DNA from: Azolla caroliniana
Taxonomy: Eukaryota > Plantae > Polypodiophyta
Assembly: GCA_043228905.1 (NCBI GenBank)
Contig: JBHGNT010000011.1
Span: forward strand, 7,564,001 to 7,628,000
Direction: 5' to 3'
DNA: 64,000 nucleotides
Under the pieces are notes generated by a model. It worked only from the letters and a program-made list of their open reading frames with translations, did no database searches and was not told the origin of the DNA. The position numbers were made by a program, and so were the translations under genes. Positions 26,468-36,574 of the stretch are shown here, one piece after another (position 1 is the stretch's first letter; each line of letters opens with the position of its first letter).

Positions 26468-29400
26468 ATGGAAGGCGGCGGCAGCGGGCAGCCGGGGATG
26501 ATGGTGCTGAATGCGCAGAATTACGCCGACTGGAAGATCAAGATGGAGGATCTTCTGATTGTTCGGGACCTGTACGAACCGATTGACAGGTCGGAAATAC
26601 CGAAAGGGGTACTTGAGTCAGAATGGAGGCTTCTGAACCGGAAAGCCGTTGCAACCATTCGGCAATATGTCGACGTGAGCGTTCTACAACATGTGGCGAA
26701 CGACACCAACGCATATGAGATGTGGCGGAAGCTGTCGGGCCTCTACGAGAGGAAGAATGCGTTGAACCGGACCTCCCTGATGAGGAAGATAGTGAATCTC
26801 AAGTACCGGGACGGCGAGAGTATGGTGGAACACGTAAGCACGTTCATGGGATTCGTGAATCAGCTTGCGGCGATCAAGTTCCCGTTGGAGGATGCAATGC
26901 AAGCCATCATCCTGATGTGTACATTGCCGGAAAGCTGGGAGAACTTGGTGGTGACTCTCAGCACCTCCTGCACCGAAGACAACTTGTCCTTACAAACGGT
27001 AAAGACAAGTATTTTGAACGAAGAAGCGCGTCGGAGAGACAAAGAACCGGCCTCCGACTCGAAGGCGCTGCTTACCGAATCGGATCGGGGAAGACAATGG
27101 AACCGGAGTCCGCAAAGACGGGAGAAGTCGGGGACCCGGTCGCAGTCAAGAGGAAGGCCCACATGCTTCCACTGTGGTAAACCGGGGCACTTCCGAAAGA
27201 ATTGTCGGCATTACCGAAAAGACAACGGAGCCGACGACACCGATTCGAAGAAGTCACCGGAGAGAAACGGTGCATACCGGGGAGCCACGGACCGGAGAGG
27301 TTCGGATCGGCGAGGGCAGGACCGGAAAGGAACAATGGCACTCGCGGCAAGTGAGGAAGAAATCATGCTCATCACCGAACAAGGTGAACTAAACATTGCC
27401 GGCGATGAGACGACCTGGGTGGTCGATTCCGGAGCGTCGTTCCACTTGACCCCGGAAAGAAGATACTTCTCATCCTACACAGCCGGTGAGCATGGCTGTG
27501 TTCGGATGGGAAATGAAGGTACGTGCCGGATTGCCGGCATAGGAGACGTGTGGTTGACAACCCCGACCGGATGCAAAATGCTGCTGAAGGATGTCCGACA
27601 CGTTCCGGAGGTTCGATTGAACCTGATTTCGGCCGGGAGGCTAGACGATGAAGGCTACACAGGTAGCATCCGGAACGGCGTAATAAAGTTCAGCAAGGGG
27701 AGCCTGATAGTGGCTCGGGCCCGGAAGATCAACACACTGTACCTGATGAATGCCCGGTTGTGTCCGGAAGAGTTGAACGTGGCAGCCGACACTGTCGGTG
27801 AGCTGTGGCACAAGAGACTGTGCCACATGAGTGAGAAGGGGATGAAGAGGCTTGCAGAAGACAACCTTATTCCAGTGAAGCATGTGCACCTGGAGAAGTG
27901 CACCGATTGCCTGGCCGGTAAGCAGAACCGAACCTCTTTCCACTCAAGGCCACCGACGAGACGTGGCGCACCATTGGAGTTGGTGCACACTGATGTGTGT
28001 CAGGTAGAAACGAAGTCACATGGCGGAGCCCAGTACTTCGTAACATTCATTGATGATCACAGCCGGAAGCTGTGGACGGCACCGTTGAAGACAAAGGACC
28101 AAGTGTTGTGTGTCTTCAAAGAACTCCACGCGAGAGTGGAAAGAGAATCCGGCAAGAAGCTGAAAGCGATACGAGCGGATAACGGAGGGGAATACCGGGG
28201 GCAGTTCCAGGAGTACTGTCGCTCGAAGGGAATCCGACTCGAGTTTACTGTGCCGAAGACGCCGGAACTGAACGGGCTGGCCGAGAGGATGAACCGGACC
28301 ATAATGGAGAGGGTCCGGAGTATGCTGGCGCATGCGAAATTACCCAAGGGGTTTTGGGCTGAGGCAATGTCGACGGCGACATACGTGATAAACAGATCAC
28401 CCTCAGTACCTTTGGACGGAGACACGCCGCAGAAAGTGTGGACCGGTAAGGAAGTGTCCTACCGGCATCTGAAGGTGTTCGGGTGTCTCGCATACGTGCA
28501 TGTGGCAAAGGACCGGAGAGGAAAGCTAGATCCAAAGACCCGGCCATGCATATTCCTCGGTTACGGCGATGACGAGTTCGGCTACCGAGTATGGGACCCG
28601 GTCGACAAAAGGATATTCCGGAGTCGTGATATCATCTTCATGGAGGACAAGACACTCGCCGACTGGGAGTCGGAGAAGAAGATGAAGAGCTCCAAGTCGA
28701 CCGGTGAGGATCAATTCTACGAGGAGCAGTCCCGACCGGCAAGGGACCGGTTAGCACTCGAGGATCCGGCCGAAGACGGTGAAGAAACAGAACCGGCCGA
28801 AGAAGATGAAAATGATACCGGAACCGGTCCCGATCCCGAAATGGATTCGGATGAAGAAGAATCGGAAGAACCGGTTACCGAAGCTCCGGAACGGAGATAT
28901 CCTCTAAGAGAGAGAAGGGCCCCCCGGAGATTTCCGGATCCAGAGCAAGTGCTGCTAACCGACGAGGGGGAGCCGGAGAGCTTTGAAGAAGCAAAGCACG
29001 ACACCCAGAGCCGCAGGTGGTTGAGTGCCATGCAGGACGAGATGGATTCCCTGCATGAGAACCACACATATGAACTTGTGGAGTTGCCAAAAGGAAAGCG
29101 GGCACTTCGAAACAAGTGGGTGTTCAAGCTGAAACCGGGAGATGCCGGAAACCCCCCGAGATACAAAGCCAGGATCGTGGTGAAGGGGTTTCAGCAGAAG
29201 AAGGGCGTCGACTTCGACGAGATATTTGCCTCGGTAGTGAAGATGACCTCCATCCGGACGGTGCTGAGCATAGCGGCAAGCATGGACCTCGAGGTAGAAC
29301 AGATGGACGTGGAGACGGCATTCCTTCACGGTGACCTTGAAGAAGAGATCTACATGCAGCAACCGGAAGGATTCGAGAAGGAAGGGAAGGAGCACTTGGT

Positions 29401-30541
29401 ATGCCGGTTGAAGAAGAGCCTTTACGGACTGAAGCAGGCTCCCCGGCAATGGTACCGGAAGTTCGACTCCTTCATGACCGACGAAGGGTACCTCAAAACG
29501 CAGTCCGACCACTGCGTGTTTGTGAAGAAGTTCGAAGGAGGAGAATTTCTAATACTCCTCCTGTACGTGGACGACATGTTGATCGTCGGACGGAACCAGG
29601 TCAAGATACGGATGCTGAAGAAGGCTCTTCACCGAACCTTCTCAATGAAGGACTTGGGTCCGGCGAGACAAATACTAGGGATGCACATCATCCGGGACCG
29701 GAGCAAGAAGCAGTTGTGGCTGTCATAGGAGAAGTACGTCACAAAGGTGCTTAAACGGTTCAACATGTCGGAAGCAAGACCGGTCGGATCGACCCTCCCG
29801 GCAAACTGCAAGCTGTCCAGCAAGTAAAGTCCCAAGACAAAGGCTGAAAAGGAGGATATGATGAAAGTGCCGTATGCCTCAGCCGTCGGGAGGTTGATGT
29901 ACGCCATGCTGTGTACGAGACCGGACATCGGATATGCAGTCGGAGTGGTGAGCCGGTACATGAGCAATCCCGGCAAAGAGCATTGGAACGCGGCCAAGTG
30001 GATACTCCGATACCTGAAGGGCACGGCAAACGTGTGCCTCCGATTCGGCTCCGGTAAGCCCGAACTCGACGGCTTCACCGATTCGGATATGTCGGCTGAT
30101 GCAGATACCAGCCGGTCCACATCAGGGTATGTGATGACGTATGCAGGGGGAGCCGTTTCGTGGCAGTCGAGGCTGCAGAAGACGGTTGCGTTGTCAACCA
30201 CGGAGGCGGAGTACATGGCAGCTGTTGAAGCCGGCAAGGAAATAATATGGATGAAGGACTTCATTAGAGAGCTCGGTATCCGGCAGGAGGAGTACCGACT
30301 CTACTGCGACAGTCAGAGTGCAATCCACCTTGCGAAGAACGCGGCCTATCACTCCCGGACGAAGCACATCCAGCGAAGATATCACTGGATCCGGGAAAGG
30401 ATAGAAGACAAGGAGTTCGTGCTGACGAAGGTCCACACGGACGAGAACGGGTCGGATATGCTGACCAAGGTGCTCACACCCGACAAGCTGGAAGCATGCC
30501 GGAAGAGGATCGGATTGGAGAGACATCCCATGCCGAAGTGA
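26468..30541 (+). pseudogene. gag-pol: A3 gag-pol (1357 codons, single frame, two nonsense codons)
   Basis: ORFs 26456-29728 and 29858-30541 are in the same frame; TAG at 29726 and TAA at 29825; all Copia domains present. Confidence 0.95.
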
Positions 30542-30551
30542 AGGGGGAGTT

Positions 30552-31164
30552 TGTTGGGATTACGGTCCCTTTCGGATGGGATGGTCGGATGTCGGAGATG
30601 AATGCCGACAAGCCCGGTTTCGGTTTCGGAACCGGATGATGAAGACCCCGACTTCTGAGCCGGATGACGAAAGTACCCGGAGAGCGATCCGGATGCAGGG
30701 ACATTTCCGTGAATATGTTTGCTATGGGCCCCTGATGCTATAGTTGTAAATAGCCCCAAAGTCATATATGTATAAATATGACTTAGGGCAAACAGTTTTA
30801 CTGTTGCTAATCATTTTTCTGTTTTTCCACTCAAGAGGAGTGAAGAGGGAGCAGCCGTGAGAGAGAGAGAGAGAGATAGAGCGTGAGAGAGGAAGAGGAC
30901 TACGCCTCTGTGTATTTCCGCCGCCTGTGGCGAGGACAGCGAGCTCAAGGTCGTCGCCTTGTAGCTCGCCATTGTGTACTTCTCTTTGTATAGTGTTGGT
31001 TTGGAGTCTCGTACTCCCGTGGTTTTTCCCATCTAGGGTTTTCCACGTTAATCCCTGTGTATACGTGTGTTTCTCTCTGTGGTTCCTATTTTCTGCTGCA
31101 TTGATTCGCGATTACTCGGTTGTGGCCGAGTGGTGAAGGTAAATCGAAGCGCTGATTCACAACA
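30552..31164 (+). repeat. 3' LTR of A3
   Basis: Follows PPT GAAGGGGGAG; direct repeat of 25823-26437. Confidence 0.95.
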
Positions 31165-34100
31165 GGAATGGAGGCTTCTGAACCGGAAAGCCGTTGCAAC
31201 CATTCGGCAATACGTCGACGTGAGCGTTCTACAACATGTGGCGAACGACATCAACGCATATGAGATGTGGCGGAAGCTGTCGGGCCTCTACGAGAGGAAG
31301 AATGCGTTGAACCAGACCTCCCTGATGAGGAAGATAGTGAACCTCAAGTACCGGGATGGCGAGAGTATGGTGGAACACGTAAGCACGTTCATGGGATTCG
31401 TGAACCAGCTTGCGGCGATCAAGTTCCTGCTGGAGGATGCAATGCAAGCCATCATTCTGATGTGTACATTGCCGGAAAGCTGGGAGAACTTGGTGGTGAC
31501 TCTCAGCACCTCCTGCACGGAAGATAACTTGTCCCTACAAACGGTAAAGACAAGTATTTTGAACGAAGAAGCGCGTCGGAGAGATAAAGAACCGGCCTCC
31601 GACTCGAAGGCGCTGCTTACCGAATCGGAACGGGGAAGACAATGGAACCGGAGTCCGCAAAGACGGGAGAAGTCGGGGACCCGGTCGCAGTCAAGAGGAA
31701 GACCCACATGCTTCCACTGTGGGAAGCCGGGGCACTTCCGGAAGAATTGTCGGCATTACCGAAAGGACAACGGAGCCGACGATACCGATTCGAAGAAGTC
31801 ACCGGAGAGAAACGGTGCATACCGGGGAGCCACGGACCGGAGAGGTCCGGATCGGCGAGGGCAGGACCGGAAAGGAACGACGGCACTCGCGGCAAGTGAG
31901 GAAGAAATCATGCTCATCACCGAAGAAGGTGAACTAAACATTGCCGGCGATGAGACGACCTGGGTGGTCGATTCCGGAGCATCGTTCCACCTGACCCCGG
32001 AGAGAAGATACTTCTCATCCTACACAGTCGGTGAGCATGGCTGTGTTCGGATGGGAAATGAAGGTACGTGCCGGATTGCCGGCATAGGAGACGTGTGGTT
32101 GACAACCTCGACCGGATGCAAAATGCTGCTGAAGGATGTCCGACACGTTCCGGAGGTTCGATTGAACCTGATTTCGGCCGGGAGGCTAGACGATGAAGGC
32201 TACTCAGGTAGCATCCGGAACGGCGTAATGAAGTTCAGCAAGGGGAGCCTGATAGTGGCTCGGGCCCGGAAAGTCAACACACTGTACCTTATGAATGCCT
32301 GGTTGTGTCCGGAAGAGTTGAACGTGGCAGCCGACACTGTCGGTGAGCTGTGGCACAAGAGACTGTGCCACATGAGTGAGAAGGGGATGAAGAGGCTTGC
32401 AGAAGACAATCTTATTCCAGTGAAGCATGTGCACCTGGAGAAGTGCACCGATTGCCTGGCCGGTAAGCAGAACCGAACCTCCTTCCACTCAAGGCCACCG
32501 ACGAGACGTAGTGCACCATTGGAGTTGGTGCACACTGATGTGTGTCAGGTAGAAACAAAGTCACATGGCGGAGCCCAGTACTTCGTGACATTCATTGATG
32601 ATCACAGCCGGAAGCTGTGGACGGCACCGTTGAAGACAAAGGACCAAGTGTTGTGCGTCTTCAAAGAACTCCACGCGAGAGTGGAAAGGGAATCCGGCAA
32701 GAAGCTGAAAGCGATACGAGCAGATAACGGAGGGGAATACCGGGGGCAGTTCGCGGAGTACTGTCGCTCGAAGGGAATCCGGCTCGAGTTTACTGTGCCG
32801 AAGACGCCGGAACTGAACGGGCTTGCCGAGAGGATGAACCGGACCATAATGGAGAGGGTCCGGAGTATGCTGGCGCATGCGGAATTACCCAAGAGGTTTT
32901 GGGCTGAGGCGATGTCAACGGCGACATACGTGATAAACAGATCACCCTCAGTACCTTTGGACGGAGACACGCCGCAGAGAGTGTGGACCGGTAGGGAAGT
33001 ATCCTACCGGCACCTGAAGGTGTTCGGGTGTCTCGCATACGTGCATGTGGCAAAGGACCGGAGAGGAAAGCTAGATCCAAAGACCCGGCCATGCATATTC
33101 CTCGGTTACGGCGATGACGAGTTCGGCTACCGAGTATGGGACCCGGTCGACAAGAAGATATTCCGGAGTCGTGATATCATCTTCATGGAGAACAAGACAC
33201 TCGCCAACTGGGAGTCGGAGAAGAAGATGAAGAGCTCCAAGTCGACCGGTGAGGATAAACTCTACGAGGAGCAGTCCCGACCGGCAAGGGACCGGTTAAC
33301 ACTCGAAGATCCGGCCGAAGACGGTGAAGAAACAGAACCGGCCGAAGAAGATGAAAATGATACCGGAACCGGCCCCGATCCCGAAATGGTTTCAGATGAA
33401 GAGGAATCGGAAGAACCGGTTATCGAAGCTCCGGAACGGAGATATCCTCTAAGAGAGAGAAGGGCTCCCCGGAGATTTCCGGAACCAGAGCACGTGCTGC
33501 TAACCGACGAGGGGGAGCCGGAGAGCTTTGAAGAAGCGAAGCATGACACCCATAGCCGCAGGTGGTTAAGTGCCATGCAGGAGGAGATGGATTCCCTGCA
33601 TGAGAACCACACATATGAACTTGTGGAGTTGCCGAAAGGAAAACGGGCACTCCGTAACAAGTGGGTGTTCAAGCTGAAACCGGGAGATGCCGGAAACCCC
33701 CCGAGATACAAAGCCAGGATCGTGGTGAAGGGGTTTCAGCAGAAGAAGGGTGTCGACTTCGACGAGATATTTGCCCCGGTAGTGAAGATGACCTCCATCC
33801 GGACGGTGCTGAGCATAGCGGCAAGCATGGACCTCGAGATAGGACAGATGGACGTGAGGAGGGCATTCCTTCACGGTGACCTTGAAGAAGAGATCTACAT
33901 GCAGCAACTAGAAGGATTCGAGAAGAAAGGGAAGGAGCACCTGGTATGCCGGTTGAAGAAGAGCCTTTACGGTCTGAAGCAGGCTCCCCGGCAATGGTAC
34001 CGGAAGTTCGACTCCTTCATGACAGACGAAGGGTACCACAAAACGCAGTCCGATCACTGCGTGTTTGTGAAGAAGTTCGAAGGAGGAGACTTTCTAATAC

Positions 34101-35086
34101 TCCTCCTGTACGTGGACGACATGTTGATCGTCGGACGAGACCAGGTCAAGATACGGATGCTGAAGAAGGCTCTTCACCGAACCTTCTCAATGAAGGACCT
34201 GGGTCCGGCGAGGCAAATACTAGGGATGCACATCATCCGGGACCGGAAGAAGAAGCAGTTGTGGCTGTCACAGGAGAAGTACGTGACAAAGGTGCTTCAC
34301 CGGTTCAACATGTCGGAAGCAAGACCGGTCGGGTCAACACTCCCGGCAAACTGCAAGCTGTCCAGCAAGTAGAGCCCCAAGACAAAGGCTGAGAAGGAGG
34401 ACATGATGAAAGTACCATATGCCTCTGCCGTCGGGAGCTTGATGTACGCAATGGTGTGTACCCGACCGGACATAGGATATGCAGTCGGAGTGGTGAGCCG
34501 GTACATGAGCAATCCCGGCAAATAGCATTGGAACGCGGCCAAGTGGATACTCCGATACCTGAAGGGCACGGCAAACGTGTGCCTCCGATTCGGCTTCGGT
34601 AAGCCCGAACTCGACGGCTTCACCGATTCGGATATGTCGGCTGATGCAGATACCAGCCGGTCCACATCAGGGTATGTGATGACGTATGCAGGGGGAGCTG
34701 TTTCATGGCAGTCGAGGTTGCAGAAGACGGTTGCGTTGTCAACCACGGAGGCGGAGTACATGGCGGCTGTTGAAGCCGGCAAGGAAATAATATGGATGAA
34801 GGACTTCATTAGAGAGCTCGGTATCCGGCAAGAGGAGTACCGACTCTACTGCGACAGTCAGAGTGCAATCCACCTTGCGAAGAACGCGGCCTATCACTCC
34901 CAGACGAAGCACATCCAACGAAGATATCACTGGATCCGGGAAAGGATAGAAGACAAGGAGTTCGTGCTGACGAAGATCCACACGGACGAGAACGGGTCGG
35001 ATATGCTGACCAAGGTGCTCACACCCGACAAGCTGGAAGCATGCCGGAAGAGGATCGGATTGGAGAGACATCCCATGTCGAAGTGA
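31165..35086 (+). pseudogene. gag-pol: A2 gag-pol remainder (first ~52 codons lie at 25666-25822); two nonsense codons
   Basis: Resumes EWRLLNRKAV after A3; TAG at 34370 and 34522; ends RHPMSK*. Confidence 0.95.
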
Positions 35087-35096
35087 AGGGGGAGTT

Positions 35097-35700
35097 TGTT
35101 GGGATTACGGTCCCTCCGGATGGGATGGTCGGATGTCCGGAGACGAATGACGACAAGCCCGGTGGCGGTTTCGGAACCGGATGATGAAGACCCCGGCTTC
35201 GGAGCCGGATGACGAATGTACCCGGAGAGAGATCCGGATGCGGGGACATATCTGTGAATATGTTTGCCAAGGGCCCTTGAGGCTATAGTTGTAAATAGCC
35301 CTAAAGTCATATGTGTATAAATATGACTTAGGGCAAACAGTTTTCATGTTGCTACTCATTTTTCTGTTTTTCCACTCAAGAGGAGTGAAGAGAGAGCAGC
35401 CGTGAGAGAGATAGAGCGTGAGAGAGGAAGAGGTCGACGCCTCTGTGTAATTCCGCCGCCTGTGGCGAGGACAGCGAGCTCAAGGTCGACGCCTTGCAGC
35501 TCGCCATTGTATATTTCTCTGTGCATAGTTTTGGTTCGGAGTCTTGTACTCCCGTGGTTTTTCCCGTACAGGGTTTTCCACGTTAAATCGTGTGTCCACT
35601 TATTTATCTTTGCATTTCCCATTTTCTGCAACAATGATTCGTGTGTTTCCTTGGTTGTGGCCGAGAGGTGAAGTTTGGAAAGTGTCGATTATTTCCATCA
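35097..35700 (+). repeat. 3' LTR of A2
   Basis: Follows PPT; direct repeat of 25032-25635. Confidence 0.95.
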
Positions 35701-35786
35701 ATAACTTAGTTGTAAGGTTTCAACCCATGTGACACAAGGTCATGGGCTCAAATCCTTTTGAAGCAATACCATGCTATATCATGACA

Positions 35787-35813
35787 CTTATCCCCCCCCC
35801 CCCCCCCCCTTCT
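35787..35813 (-). other. Polypurine tract of C2 (G18 run)
   Basis: C18 on the plus strand at 35792-35809, next to the LTR end ..TCATGACA at 35786. Confidence 0.8.
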
Positions 35814-36574
35814 AAGACGATGAGTGTTACGAGTTGTTTTAGATGGAGGTCCTGGCTTGTCGGGATATTGCCGATGAAAGTCCTCAAAACGAGCTTGAGC
35901 ATTTACCACATTCTCGACTGGTTCCCAAGTACACTTGCTTGGACCATAGCCTAGCCAATTGACCAAATAATAGAGCTTGTTGCGAACAATCTTGGAATCG
36001 AGGATGGCAGCTACTTAGTACTCCGGTCCTACTTCAAGTTCGATCGGGGGTGGAGCTGGTGTAATACGTGTTGATCCTAGGGCCGGACAACAGCCTAACA
36101 CAGGGTGTGCACTTAAGACACTTCACCAAAGGGTGGTACGGCAGAATGACTTACGACACAACGCTTAATTAGACCTTAATTGGTTACTTAGCAATTCGTA
36201 ATTAACACGTGTAAGATATAACAATGAATACAGAACCGTAATCAAAACTGGAAGATTAAGACAATAAGCTCTATTAATTATCCGCTCTCGATTACATTGT
36301 AACCGGGCCTTTATATAGGTCTCCGGTGCGAAATACAAAACGACACCTTTTCGGGATCGGTCCGGATCCGGATCGGCATACCGATTCCGGTCCGTCCGTC
36401 CACATCTTCTCATATATTACTATATATTTTAAGACTACTAATTACAACAATTCCTGAATAAATATTCCTTTCACACTCTGGTTTGGACCTCCTTAAGCCT
36501 TCTTGCCGGCCGGTAACACATGGCACGCCCGTGGGACAGAGTACCTTGTACATCGAACCCATTATCCGGCCCTT

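Larger units (their letters stand above)
25823..31164 (+). mobile_element. A3: full-length A-family Copia, TSD GGAAT, nested in A2 gag
   Basis: GGAAT at 25818-25822 and 31165-31169; LTRs 25823-26437 and 30552-31164; PBS at 26441-26452. Confidence 0.97.
25032..35700 (+). mobile_element. A2: full-length A-family Copia, TSD ATAAC, inserted in the C2 LTR and itself carrying A3
   Basis: ATAAC at 25027-25031 and 35701-35705; 604-bp LTRs; PBS TGGTATCAGAGC at 25639-25650; gag ATG at 25666. Confidence 0.97.

Noticed and set aside
29726-29728. Programmed stop-codon readthrough in Copia pol
   Set aside because: Paralogues have CAG at this position and stops fall at copy-specific sites, so mutation explains it.
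25032-35700. Tandem LTR-internal-LTR-internal-LTR array from recombination or misassembly
   Set aside because: Two distinct LTR pairs with their own TSDs (ATAAC, GGAAT) show true nested insertion.
35792-35809. C18 homopolymer as a standalone G-quadruplex element
   Set aside because: It is the chromovirus PPT, and homopolymer length is error-prone.
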